This document shows, one piece after another, positions 17,491-26,965 of a stretch of DNA of 64,000 bases. Position 1 is the stretch's first letter. Every line of letters starts with the position of its first letter. This stretch comes from Thermoproteota archaeon (GTDB taxonomy: Archaea; Korarchaeota; Korarchaeia; Korarchaeales; Korarchaeaceae). The stretch covers positions 1 through 64,000 of the forward strand of contig JAOZGC010000003.1 in the NCBI GenBank assembly GCA_027491915.1, written 5' to 3'. The notes beneath the pieces are model-generated. The model was not told the origin of the DNA, ran no database searches, and saw nothing but the letters and a program-made list of their open reading frames with translations. Position numbers and translations under genes: made by a program.

Positions 17491-18202
17491 CCGAACCTCC
17501 CCCTCATCGGCACGAAGGCCACGTCTGTTATCTCTGCGGTCTCGTAACTCCCCTCATCCAACTTCCTCACCACGACGAGCCTCTGCCCGCCCCACCACGA
17601 GTGCGATCCCACGGGGAGCACCATCCTCCCCCCGGGCCTCAGCTGCCGCAGCAGGGGGGGAGGGGGGGCGGGCGCCGCGGCGGTGATCAGAATCCTGTCT
17701 GGTCTCCTGGAGATCGGTAAACCCCCGCTCCCGTCGCAGGCGAGCACGTGAACCCTGTCGGCGTAGCCAGCCTTCATCAGGTTTGCCCGCGCCCTCTTGG
17801 CGAGGCTCGGTATTATCTCAGAGGTGTACACCCTGCCGCCCCCCCTGGCGGTGGGTCCACCCGGGGAGACTATCTCCGCCAGCGTCGCGGCCTGGTACCC
17901 GCTGCCGGCGCCAACCTCGAAGACCACCATCCCCTCCTCCAGGGCGAGGAGCTCGTCCATCATGAACACCATGTCTCGCCCGGCCCGAGGCCGTGTGGCG
18001 CGCTGATGGTCTGCCCCTCGCCTATTGGAAGGGGAGTGTCCTCGTAGGCCGACGACCTGAGGTGTTCCGGGACGAACATCTCCCTGGGAACCCTCAGCGC
18101 CGCCCTCCTGACCCTATCCGATCTTATTATCCCCCTCATCTCGAGGCTGGCGACCAGATTCCTCCTGGCCTCCTCGAAGTTCGCCATCTTCCAAAGGTTC
18201 AT
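17481..18202 (-). CDS. pcm: Protein-L-isoaspartate O-methyltransferase, two exons (18202-17995, 17974-17481), about 233 aa after splicing
   Basis: Exon 1 [25 protein letters not shown]; exon 2 [42 protein letters not shown]; 722 nt minus 20 nt = 702 nt, in frame. Confidence 0.9.
17975..17994 (-). other. Predicted 20-nt BHB intron in pcm mRNA
   Basis: Sense strand G CGCC AC|A CGGCC TCG GGCCG GGCG AG|A C: 4-bp helix, two 3-nt bulges, 5-bp inner stem; splicing gives GCG CCA CAC ATG (A-P-H-M). Confidence 0.85.
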
Positions 18203-18215
18203 TTATCCGAGGTGG

Positions 18216-18683
18216 ATGATATTAATCGTGGGTTCCCTAGAGATAAGGGCCTTCGGCCACCCCAACGTGACCGCCCGCCACAGGACCACGATGGAGCTCA
18301 CTAGAGAGCGGGAGATAACCCGCAGGGCCGACTGCGTCGTGGGCGTTAGGGCTTCTCACGGGGCCGCGAGCCTCCCAACTTGGCTGCGGCGTCACCTCCT
18401 CTCCGGAGGGTGGATCTCCCTCACCCTGTCGGTCGGAGGCATGGACTTCACCTTCTACGCCCGCGGAGACGGCAGGCTAACCCTCAGGAGCGAGGATGAG
18501 ATAGTCGTGAGGAGGTCCCTCTACGTAGACGACCGTACCGTAGCGGTTGAGGCGACTGCCTCCGCCGCCGACGTCCCCAGGCCCATGGTCAGGGCCCTCC
18601 GCCGGGGGTTACCCCTGATCCTGGTGATAAAACCTAAAGCAGGCCGCACTCCAGGGGATCCACCGGCTTCAACCATTCCCTGA
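18216..18683 (+). CDS. DUF371 family protein
   Basis: GHPNVTARHRTTMELT.E..IT.R.DC, V.RRS.YVDDRT. Confidence 0.85.
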   Translation: MILIVGSLEIRAFGHPNVTARHRTTMELTREREITRRADCVVGVRASHGAASLPTWLRRHLLSGGWISLTLSVGGMDFTFYARGDGRLTLRSEDEIVVRRSLYVDDRTVAVEATASAADVPRPMVRALRRGLPLILVIKPKAGRTPGDPPASTIP

Positions 18684-19785
18684 TCATGGAAGTGGCGTAG
18701 ACCCCTCTCCTCAAGAAGAAGCGCACCACGAGATCGCCGCCGATCGTCCTGACCGATGCGGAGACGGGCTCCTCGAGGACTCTCCTGTAACCTCCCGGGG
18801 CCGCGGCCTCCGGCAGGCCCCTCACCACGAAGTCCTCCGTGGATATTCCCTCCTCCTCCAACAGCGACAGGAGATCCCTGGAGGCAGATCCCGGCGGCAG
18901 CCTGGTCGTGAAACCGGGAATCGGCAGGGTCAGCTTCCCCTCGGCCGGGTATGGGCGGAACGCGCCGCCCTCGATCTCGACCACGTCTCCCTCCTCCGGC
19001 TCCAACCTGCCCTCGAGAATTCTCCGGCTGAGGAGCCTGTTGAACAGGTAGGACTGATATGCGTGGACCATCATCCGGATGACCGTCCTGCCCAGCGATC
19101 TCAGGGCCCTCAGGGGGTCCGAGGGGACCTCCCTCAGCCTCAGGGCGAGCCTCTTCTCCTGCCAGCCCCCGCCACCCTCGGCCGCCTTCTCGGCCAGGGC
19201 CTCCGCCGCCTCGCCAAACCTCCCAGACACGATGAGCTTCCCCAGCTCGTGATTGTATGGCTTCCTGTCTCCGAACCTCTGATATCCGAAGAAGTTTGGG
19301 AATGGAAGGCCGATCTCCTTCAAAACCTCTTCCGCGCCCGACAGTCGCCTCACCCTGATTGAGAAGAGGTTTCCGTCGTTCTGCCCCCTCGCTATGGGCG
19401 ATTCCACCCTCCCGACGAGTGAGGCGTGAAATCGCGGTCCCCTGACCTCGGGGCGACCAGCGGGGGCCGCCATGTATTGGAAGACGACCGCCCTCTTGTC
19501 CTTCAACCCAGCGTAGGAGACGGCCGATTCCCTGATCCCGAGGCCGGAGGCCAGCCGCCCGGCAGCCTCGGGCGTGGTCATCCCCCTCCTAAGCACCGAG
19601 TACAGGTAGAGCCCGCCCCTATCCACACCCACCCACCTCCTCCTGGCCGCCGACGCGGGCAGGCCCCACATGACCTCATCCACCATGAAGTCCCCGGGTT
19701 CCTCCCTAATCCTGAAGGTCCGCGGCCTGCCCGGCCTCAGGTAGGCCTCCATCCCGAGATCCAGATCCACACTCGGCGGCCTCAT
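18634..19785 (-). CDS. truD: tRNA pseudouridine(13) synthase
   Basis: YAGLKDKRA, GNLFSI, PNFFGYQRFG, AYQSYLFN, GVYATS.IRE. Confidence 0.92.
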   Translation of the reverse strand: MRPPSVDLDLGMEAYLRPGRPRTFRIREEPGDFMVDEVMWGLPASAARRRWVGVDRGGLYLYSVLRRGMTTPEAAGRLASGLGIRESAVSYAGLKDKRAVVFQYMAAPAGRPEVRGPRFHASLVGRVESPIARGQNDGNLFSIRVRRLSGAEEVLKEIGLPFPNFFGYQRFGDRKPYNHELGKLIVSGRFGEAAEALAEKAAEGGGGWQEKRLALRLREVPSDPLRALRSLGRTVIRMMVHAYQSYLFNRLLSRRILEGRLEPEEGDVVEIEGGAFRPYPAEGKLTLPIPGFTTRLPPGSASRDLLSLLEEEGISTEDFVVRGLPEAAAPGGYRRVLEEPVSASVRTIGGDLVVRFFLRRGVYATSMIREWLKPVDPLECGLL

Positions 19786-20141
19786 CTCAGAAGCCTCAAC
19801 CCTCCCGTAACCTCATCTACCTTCTCCTCCGGGGCTGGTCCGACGGCCGCCGCGGTCAGAGTTCCCGGGGGGAGCTCGGTGAGGCCAGCGTCCCTTATCA
19901 GGGCCCTGGGGAGCCCCCTCCTGCCGGCCTCCTCGTAGACTTCCAGGAGCTCTTCCTCGGACTCCACGGAGACCACGACCTTCTTTGCTCCCTCCTCCCT
20001 CCACCTCCTCCAGTACTGAGGTCTCTCCTCCCTCGCTCTTTCCGACGCCTCGCATGCCGCATGAGCGGCCTGGGCGGCCAGCTTGCCCCTACTCATTCTC
20101 AAGTCCACCCTGACGACTATGACCTGCTTGTAACCCATCAT
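19782..20141 (-). CDS. pth: Peptidyl-tRNA hydrolase Pth2
   Basis: KQVIVVR.DL.MS.GKLAAQ.AHA, IRDAGLTE.PPGT.T...VGP. Confidence 0.95.
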   Translation of the reverse strand: MMGYKQVIVVRVDLRMSRGKLAAQAAHAACEASERAREERPQYWRRWREEGAKKVVVSVESEEELLEVYEEAGRRGLPRALIRDAGLTELPPGTLTAAAVGPAPEEKVDEVTGGLRLLR

Positions 20142-21229
20142 CAGTCCGCCGTCCCCCCGTACAGCCTCAGGTACTCCCCGACCACGTCCGACCAAGATCG
20201 CCCCATCGCCCTCCGCATCCCCTCTCGGGCCATCGCCAGCCTCAGATCCTCGTCCCCCAAGAGCCTCTCTACGGCAGACGCCAACTCCCTCGGATCTCTC
20301 CCCGTCAGGAGGCCGGTCACCCCGTCCTCCACGACTTCCCCAATGGCCCCCACATCCACGGCCACGGGCGGGGTGCCCGCCGCCATGGACTCCAGTATGG
20401 CGAGCCCCTGGCCCTCGAACCTCGGGGTGTGTATCGACACGTCCGCCGCCCTGAGGTAGAGCGGGACCTCCGCGCGCGGCACCCTGCCGACGGCCAGGAG
20501 CCTGCCCCCCATACCCAGCTCCGCGGCCAGCCTCTCCACTTCCCCCCGCAGGGGTCCGTCCCCCACGATCAGCATGGCGACTCCCTCGACCATGGAGACG
20601 GCCCTGACCGCGGTCAGGGGATCCCTCACCTCGACCAGCGAACCGACGAACGCCACGACCCTGGAGTCCTCCGGTATCCCGACGATCCTCCTACACTCCT
20701 CCCTCTCCGGAAGTGAGCCGAAGACTTCTCTGTCCACAGCCCCGGGGATGATCGTGGGCTCCACCCCGCACCTCTCTCTCACCCTGGACGAGAGGAAGCG
20801 GCTGACCGCGGTCACCGCCGAGGCTCCCCTGGCCACGGCGCAAGTTGCCGCGCGGTCGATCCGCCCCTCGAGGGCGGCGTCGGTCCCGTGGAATGTCAGG
20901 ACGAATCTGGGCCCGCCCAACCTCGCGGAGATCCACGCGGCAGCTCCAGACGTCCGCGCGTAGTGGGCGTGGACGACGTCGAATCTCCACCCCCTCAACC
21001 TCAGCCAGCTCGACGCCTCCAGTATGAAGGACGGGCCCCTGAGGCCGCCGAGCGGGATCGTGGGCAGGGCGACGACCCTTTCTCCTCCGGCTCTTTCTCC
21101 CCCTCCCTCCCTGTAGGTCAGCACGGTCACCCTGTGCCCGAGCCTCTCGAGCTCCCGCGCCAGGGCGCCCATGTGCGCCTGAACCCCCCCGGAGGACGGG
21201 GGATAGGGGCCGACCAGGAGGACCTCCAT
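20141..21229 (-). CDS. Glycosyltransferase family 4
   Basis: YPP..GG, DVVHAH, EGQGLAILESMAAGTP. Confidence 0.88.
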   Translation of the reverse strand: MEVLLVGPYPPSSGGVQAHMGALARELERLGHRVTVLTYREGGGERAGGERVVALPTIPLGGLRGPSFILEASSWLRLRGWRFDVVHAHYARTSGAAAWISARLGGPRFVLTFHGTDAALEGRIDRAATCAVARGASAVTAVSRFLSSRVRERCGVEPTIIPGAVDREVFGSLPEREECRRIVGIPEDSRVVAFVGSLVEVRDPLTAVRAVSMVEGVAMLIVGDGPLRGEVERLAAELGMGGRLLAVGRVPRAEVPLYLRAADVSIHTPRFEGQGLAILESMAAGTPPVAVDVGAIGEVVEDGVTGLLTGRDPRELASAVERLLGDEDLRLAMAREGMRRAMGRSWSDVVGEYLRLYGGTAD

Positions 21230-21290
21230 CCGGCCGCCCGGGGACGCCGCGATTTAATCTGACCGCCGGGCGCGCGCCCCGGCGACCCTC

Positions 21291-22319
21291 ATGGGGGTCA
21301 AGTTGAGAGGGATAGTGCCCGCCCATCCCATCGACCTGGTGGACCTGACCGGGAGGAAGATCGCCCTCGACGCTTACAACGCGATGTACCAATTCATGGC
21401 CAAGATAAGGCAGCCGGACGGTTCTCCGCTCATGACCACGTGGGGAGAGATAACCTCGGTCCACTCCGGCATATTCTACAGGACGGCCAACCTGCTGGCG
21501 ATCGGCATGATCCCAGTTTACGTCTTCGACGGCGAGCCCCCGGCATTCAAATCTGCTACCATAGCCGAGAGGGAGGAGAGGAGGAGGGAGGCCAGAGAAC
21601 TGTGGCTGGAGGCCCGGGAGGCTGGCAACCTGGAGGAAGCCAGAAAGTACGCCCAGCAGGCGGGCTGGCTCACCGAGGACATGGTCGCCGACGCCAAGGA
21701 GATACTGAGGCTCATGGGGGTCCCTGTGGTCCAGGCCCCGAGCGAGGGGGAGGCCCAGGCCGCCCATATGGCCGATAGGGGAGACGTGTGGGCCGCCGGC
21801 TCGCAAGATTACGACTCCCTCCTCTTCGGCGCCCCTCGACTGGTGAGGAACCTGACCCTCAGCGGGCGGAGGAAGCTCCCCGGGAGGAAGGAGTACGCCG
21901 AGATCAGTCCGGAGGTGATCGAGCTCGGTGAGGTCCTCTCCTCCCTCGGGATCACCAGGGAGCAGCTCGTCGTGGTGGGACTCCTGGTAGGGACGGACTA
22001 CAATCCAGGGGGGATAAAGGGGATAGGGCCGAAGAGAGCCGTTCAGCTGGTTAAGAGGGCTGGCACGCTGGAGGGCGTATTGAGGGAGGTGGGTTGGCCG
22101 TTCGACGTGGATCCGACCGAGCTGCTCGAGTTTTTCCTCAACCCACCCGTGACGGACGACTACGAGGTGGGCCTCTCTCCCCCCTCAGAGGAGGACCTTT
22201 TGAAATTCATGGTGGAGGGCCATCAGTTCTCCGAATCCAGGGTCTCCAAGACCTTAGCCATGGTGAGGGAAGCCTACAAGAGGCTCAGGTCGGCCGGCGG
22301 CCTCGAGGAGTGGCTGTGA
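21291..22319 (+). CDS. fen: Flap endonuclease 1
   Basis: MGV, DAYN.MYQF, VFDG, APSEGEAQAA, SQDYD.LLFG, GTDYN, GIGPK. Confidence 0.96.
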   Translation: MGVKLRGIVPAHPIDLVDLTGRKIALDAYNAMYQFMAKIRQPDGSPLMTTWGEITSVHSGIFYRTANLLAIGMIPVYVFDGEPPAFKSATIAEREERRREARELWLEAREAGNLEEARKYAQQAGWLTEDMVADAKEILRLMGVPVVQAPSEGEAQAAHMADRGDVWAAGSQDYDSLLFGAPRLVRNLTLSGRRKLPGRKEYAEISPEVIELGEVLSSLGITREQLVVVGLLVGTDYNPGGIKGIGPKRAVQLVKRAGTLEGVLREVGWPFDVDPTELLEFFLNPPVTDDYEVGLSPPSEEDLLKFMVEGHQFSESRVSKTLAMVREAYKRLRSAGGLEEWL

Positions 22320-22568
22320 TCACTCCTCGTCCGGCAGCGGGAACTCCCTCGAGCCCTCGGCCAGCTCGACCAGCAGCCCCTCCTTGGACCCCCCGTAGAC
22401 CCTGATCAATCCCAGAACCTCCAGCTTGAGGAGGGCCTCTTCCAGCTGGGGGAGTGACACCCAGGGGTTGTTCGACTTCAGCTCCTCGAATATCTCCCTG
22501 TCGGAGAGCGTCCTCTTCAATTTCACCAGGAGCGAGTACACCAGGTACTCCATCGGCAGGTGCGACAT
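22320..22568 (-). CDS. Small hypothetical protein, winged-helix-like
   Basis: In the EF-1beta cluster; LEEALLKLEVLGLIRV pattern. Confidence 0.6.
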   Translation of the reverse strand: MSHLPMEYLVYSLLVKLKRTLSDREIFEELKSNNPWVSLPQLEEALLKLEVLGLIRVYGGSKEGLLVELAEGSREFPLPDEE

Positions 22569-22574
22569 ATCGGA

Positions 22575-22844
22575 TCAGCCAGCCCTCGTGACCCTGAGGA
22601 TCTCCACCGAGCTGACCCCCTCTATCTCGGATAGGGCCCGGGCCAGCCTCTCCGTTATGCCCTCTTCTTCTGGGGCCGCCACCACTATCCTCAGGCTCGT
22701 TATCCCGAACGCCAGGGGGGCGGCCTCGGTCCCCATCAACTCGCCGCCGACCCGGCGGATCGAGTCTCCCACCGCCCCCTCTATGGAATTCACCTCCACC
22801 TCTGGGTCCGCCAGCACCCGGAACTCCGCGATCACCCTTCCCAT
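22575..22844 (-). CDS. ef1b: Elongation factor 1-beta
   Basis: PLAFGI..L, IEGVSSVEI. Confidence 0.88.
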   Translation of the reverse strand: MGRVIAEFRVLADPEVEVNSIEGAVGDSIRRVGGELMGTEAAPLAFGITSLRIVVAAPEEEGITERLARALSEIEGVSSVEILRVTRAG

Positions 22845-22854
22845 GAGGATCGCC

Positions 22855-23058
22855 TCAGGGACCGGTGAATCCGCAGTTGGGGCAGGTGTACTCGTGGGCG
22901 TGCTTCCTGCATATCCTGCACCTCACGATCAGCTGTTCTCCGCAGTTGGGACAGAGGAACTTCACTATCCCCCTCTCGTAGGTTACCCTCCTGCCGCAGG
23001 ATGTGCAGAAGAGTTCCCGCGGAGGCGACAGCCTAGGCTGCTCGAGATCTTGGCTCAT
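22855..23058 (-). CDS. Zinc-finger protein DUF1610 (HVO_2753-like)
   Basis: CTSC, F.CPNCG, RC..CRK, Y.CPNCGF.GP; conserved neighbour of EF-1beta. Confidence 0.9.
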   Translation of the reverse strand: MSQDLEQPRLSPPRELFCTSCGRRVTYERGIVKFLCPNCGEQLIVRCRICRKHAHEYTCPNCGFTGP

Positions 23059-23078
23059 GCGAATCGGACCGAACCGGG

Positions 23079-24089
23079 TTATCGGGCTTTAAAAATCTTG
23101 GCTGGCCTGAGGACGTAGGTTTTTCCCCTCCTCTCCCTCATCACGAGGCCCCTGTCTATTAGATCCTGTACCAGCTTGCTCACCTTCGCCTTGGAGAAGC
23201 CCGTCCTCGCCGGCAGGGAATCCTGAGTCACCTCGCCTTCGGCCAATATCATCCCCACCACCAACCTCTCGTCCGGCATGAGGACGCTGAGCAGCCTATC
23301 CTCAGACCTCCTGCCTACCCGCCTGGCGGCCATAAGGTATCCGACGATGCCCCCTACTAGGATTCCGGCGCCCAGCTTAACGGTCAGTATCTCCCTCGCG
23401 GCTTGGGAGAGCCAGTCTCGGCCGAACCCAATATGAACTCCCGCCTCCTCCGGCTCTATCTCGACGATCTCCACCCCCCTCTCCCTGAGCGCCTCCGCCT
23501 CCGCCCCGGATAGAGAGCCGTCGAGCACGTAAACCTCCCCCAGTCTCGTGAGGTGGGTGTCGAGCGCCCCCCAAAAAGACGATGGAAGCTCTCCGGACGT
23601 GGAAAACAGTATGGGCGCGTTCAACTCCCTCGACAGGAGCAGCGCCGGCATGTACATTCCCGTATCCGAACCGTTGACGACGACCACCCTCTCGCAGTCC
23701 ATCCAGAGCTGGGTCACCACGTTGACTGCCGTATCCGCCCTGGTCGGGCCGCCCACCCTGTCTACGGTCACCCCGAGGGATCTGACCCTCCTCACGAAGT
23801 CCTCCGGCACGGCCAGCCTGTCTCCAATCACCAGAATCCGTGGCCTCTCCTCGTAGGCCGTGAGGCCGGCCAACAGACCGATTACCTCCGGATCGTTCAC
23901 CCCGGGCAGCAGGGTGACGACGGGGGCCCCCACCCTGACCCCGTAAGAGGCGGCCACGACCCAGTCGGCGTATACGTCGCCCCTGACCACTATGGCCCCG
24001 TACCCGTCGACCTCGCCCCGCCCCACCATCGGGAGTAGGGCCTGCAAGGCTATGAGTGAGATGGCGATCAGGTACGACGGTGACCCCAT
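23079..24089 (-). CDS. Membrane-anchored protein: signal peptide, cell-wall-binding-2-like domain, TM helix, C-terminal wHTH
   Basis: RVGGPTRADTA, APIL motifs; GILVGGIVGYLM TM; VTQD.L...TGFSKAKVS..V.DL..RGL. Confidence 0.7.
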   Translation of the reverse strand: MGSPSYLIAISLIALQALLPMVGRGEVDGYGAIVVRGDVYADWVVAASYGVRVGAPVVTLLPGVNDPEVIGLLAGLTAYEERPRILVIGDRLAVPEDFVRRVRSLGVTVDRVGGPTRADTAVNVVTQLWMDCERVVVVNGSDTGMYMPALLLSRELNAPILFSTSGELPSSFWGALDTHLTRLGEVYVLDGSLSGAEAEALRERGVEIVEIEPEEAGVHIGFGRDWLSQAAREILTVKLGAGILVGGIVGYLMAARRVGRRSEDRLLSVLMPDERLVVGMILAEGEVTQDSLPARTGFSKAKVSKLVQDLIDRGLVMRERRGKTYVLRPAKIFKAR

Positions 24090-24115
24090 GAGACCGCCTC
24101 TCCGACGCATCAGGG

Positions 24116-24194
24116 TGGCGGGCCCGGCGGGACTCGAACCCGCGACCTGCGGCTTAGGAGGCCGCCGCTCTGATCCATGCTGAGCTACGGGCCC
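24116..24194 (-). tRNA. tRNA-Arg(CCT)
   Basis: GCGGC CT CCT AA GCCGC; CCA encoded. Confidence 0.95.
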
Positions 24195-24244
24195 GCCGAA
24201 CCAACGGCCGAAGCGTTATATAAGATTATTCCGTGCCGCGCCGG

Positions 24245-25546
24245 ATGGATATAGGGCCGCCTAGGGGATTTCGAGATCTGCTTCCCGAGACCCTGAGGAT
24301 CTACAGGTGGGTCGAGGGCAGGTTCAGGAGGGTGATCTCCTCCTACGGCTTCGAGGAGATCCTAACCCCGACCCTGGAGAGGTTCGAACTGTTCGAGAGG
24401 AAGGCCGGGGAGGAGATAGAGAGGTCCCTCTTCGTGCTGGTGGACAAGTCCGGGAGGAAACTGGTGCTGAGGCCGGAGCTTACCGCCCCCGTCGCGAGGG
24501 TATACGCCTCTGCGCCGGCCAGGTTCCCACTCCCGCTGAAGCTGTTCTACTTGGCGAACGTCTTCAGATACGAGGAGCCTCAGAAGATGAGGTACAGGGA
24601 ATTCTGGCAGGCTGGCGCCGAGATAATAGGTTCAGCCGCTCCTGAGGCCGACGCTGAGATATTGGCGCTCGTCTCCGCCTGCATGGAGTCTGTCGGACTA
24701 AGAGAGGTGACTTTCAAGGTTGGAGACGTCAGGATCATAAGGAGCGTGCTTTCATCGGCGGGACTCGTCGGGTGGGAGGATCAGAACAGGGTCATGCAGG
24801 CCTTGGACAAGCGTGGGAAGCTGCCGCGCGAGACCTTTGAATCAGGGGTGCTGGCGTCGACCGGCGGAGACCGGGAGCTCTCCGGCAGGCTGCTGAACCT
24901 GGTGGACCTCGAGGGTCGAGATCCGTCCGAAGTCACGGATCTTCTCGCTGACGTAGCGGAAGCCGCTTCGGCAGCCGAGAGGGTGGCCCTCGTCATGGAC
25001 CTGGCTAAGTCCCTAGGTCTCAGATCCAACCTAGTCTTCTCTCCCGGTCTGGCCAGGGGGCTCGTGTACTACACCGGCTTCGTGTTCGAGGTCTACCTCC
25101 CCGACCTTCCATACGCCTTGGGAGGGGGGGGAAGGTACGATGAGCTCATCTCCCTCTACGGCGGTCCGAGCACCCCGGCGACGGGCGTTTCCGTGGGCAT
25201 AGACAGGGTGGTCGACGCGGTTCGGGAGAGGGGTCTCGTCCCACGACTCGGTAGAAGTGGGATCTTTGTCGTCAGGGCTCCCGGGGCGGAGCCAACCGAC
25301 GTCGCTTCCATCGCGGCGGCCCTGCGGGCCAGGGGAATAAGGACCGACCTAGATCTCCGGGGCGGGAGGAGCGTCTCCAAGCAGCTGGAGCACGCAGATA
25401 GGATGGACTACGCCTACGCCGCGATCTTCGGCTCCAGGGAGAAGAAGAGAGGGGTGGTCACGTTGCGCAACCTGGAGGATGGGTCGGAGCGGGAGGTCCC
25501 CATCGAATCGCTGCCCGACCTCATGGTCGGGGGCCGCGATCCTTAA
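24245..25546 (+). CDS. hisS: Histidyl-tRNA synthetase
   Basis: PRGFRD, LRPELT, FRYEEPQ..RYREF.Q, RGLVYYTG, GGGRYD. Confidence 0.96.
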   Translation: MDIGPPRGFRDLLPETLRIYRWVEGRFRRVISSYGFEEILTPTLERFELFERKAGEEIERSLFVLVDKSGRKLVLRPELTAPVARVYASAPARFPLPLKLFYLANVFRYEEPQKMRYREFWQAGAEIIGSAAPEADAEILALVSACMESVGLREVTFKVGDVRIIRSVLSSAGLVGWEDQNRVMQALDKRGKLPRETFESGVLASTGGDRELSGRLLNLVDLEGRDPSEVTDLLADVAEAASAAERVALVMDLAKSLGLRSNLVFSPGLARGLVYYTGFVFEVYLPDLPYALGGGGRYDELISLYGGPSTPATGVSVGIDRVVDAVRERGLVPRLGRSGIFVVRAPGAEPTDVASIAAALRARGIRTDLDLRGGRSVSKQLEHADRMDYAYAAIFGSREKKRGVVTLRNLEDGSEREVPIESLPDLMVGGRDP

Positions 25547-25572
25547 ATTGACAGAGCGGCCCGGCGCCCTGG

Positions 25573-25647
25573 GCCGGGATGGCCGAGCGGTTCAGGCAGC
25601 GGGCTGCAGACCCGCGTACGGGGGTTCGAATCCCCCTCCCGGCTCCA
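25573..25647 (+). tRNA. tRNA-Cys(GCA)
   Basis: GCGGG CT GCA GA CCCGC; U73 plus CCA. Confidence 0.95.
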
Positions 25648-25669
25648 AGATCCCCGCGCGTAGGCGCGA

Positions 25670-26932
25670 TCACCCAAACCTTACCCTTCTCCTCGAGACC
25701 CCCGCGGAGATCCTCTCCTCAGAGGTCTCCTCGAATAACCTCGCGAGTGCCTCTTCTTCCCCCTTGGACGGCTCGACCCCCCTCCTGGCCGCCATCCTCC
25801 TGTATGTCCTGATGACCGATTCGAGCTCCACCTCGGCCAGCCCCCAGCCGAGGGTCCGGGCGTACAGGGTGAAGGGAGGAACCCTCTCCGTCACGAAACC
25901 GTGGAGTTGGGCCGCCGCGCCGATCTGAAGCCCGGTGTATATCATGGTCCCTATGGAGCTCTTGGTGTGATCGCCCAAGGCGGCGCCGAGCTTTATCAGA
26001 CCCGTTCTCTCCCTCCCGCCCTTCGCAACCCGGACTCGAATCTCCCCGTACGTGTTCTTGAGGTTGGAGGTCACCGTGCCGGCGCCGAGGTTGACCCAGG
26101 ATCCAACGTAGCTGTGCCCGAGGAAGCCGAAGTGGGCCTTATTTGAGTAGGGGGACACCACAGACGAGAAGACCTCCCCCCCCACCCTCGCCTCTTCTCC
26201 TATGAAGGACCCGGAGATGTGGGAGCAGGGCGAGATCTTGGCCCCCCTCCCAATCAGCAGCGGTCCTCTCAGGGTTGAGCCCGCCCCCACCACGCTGCCC
26301 CTCTCCAAGAGGACCGGTCCCCCCCTGACGTCCACCGTGACCGACCCTTCAACCTCGGCTCCGGGGGATATCATCGCCAGCGCACCATCCCCGAGGACCC
26401 TGTCGGCCCACTCCCCCGACTCCACATCCTCCCGGGCCGCGGCCCGCAGGATCACCGGTTTCAGCTCGGATAAACCCGCCGGACAGATCTCCCATGTCCT
26501 ATTGACGGTCCGGACCGGGGATTCGAGGGTCGATTCCGCCGCCGCCAGGATCTCGGAGTTGACGGTCCTGGCGTCGTACCCCTCCACCACCCCAGCCGCG
26601 GCCTCCCTCCCCAGCCTGGCCACCACCACCCTGCCGTCCTCGGTCAGCGCGGCGCCGCGGCGGAGGCCGCAGATCTCCTCCACCACCCCGGGCGGGGCGG
26701 CCGAGTTGACGAAGACGACCTCGTCGTCCAGGTCGGACGGGTCGATCGTCGGCGCACCGAGTTCCTCAGACTTCCGGCGAACGCGCCGCCTAACCAGGGA
26801 TCTAACATCCCCCTTCCCCTTCGCGCGGTCTATCAGGCGCTCTCCCCCGAACCACAGCGAGAAGGCGGGATTCAGCTCCGTGAGGGGTCTGAGCCCGCTC
26901 ACCAGATCGTCTTCGTAAAGTATAAGGAGCAT
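25670..26932 (-). CDS. GlmU-related sugar nucleotidyltransferase with hexapeptide repeats
   Basis: LRPLT; GGEV, SNKAHFGFLGHSYVGSWVNLGAGT.TSNLKNTY. Confidence 0.82.
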   Translation of the reverse strand: MLLILYEDDLVSGLRPLTELNPAFSLWFGGERLIDRAKGKGDVRSLVRRRVRRKSEELGAPTIDPSDLDDEVVFVNSAAPPGVVEEICGLRRGAALTEDGRVVVARLGREAAAGVVEGYDARTVNSEILAAAESTLESPVRTVNRTWEICPAGLSELKPVILRAAAREDVESGEWADRVLGDGALAMISPGAEVEGSVTVDVRGGPVLLERGSVVGAGSTLRGPLLIGRGAKISPCSHISGSFIGEEARVGGEVFSSVVSPYSNKAHFGFLGHSYVGSWVNLGAGTVTSNLKNTYGEIRVRVAKGGRERTGLIKLGAALGDHTKSSIGTMIYTGLQIGAAAQLHGFVTERVPPFTLYARTLGWGLAEVELESVIRTYRRMAARRGVEPSKGEEEALARLFEETSEERISAGVSRRRVRFG

Positions 26933-26965
26933 TGCGCCGGGCCGGTCGAGGCGACCCTAAAAATT

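Noticed and set aside
17481-18202. pcm as a frameshifted pseudogene
   Set aside because: Both halves keep all motifs, and the 20-nt insert is a precise BHB whose excision restores the frame
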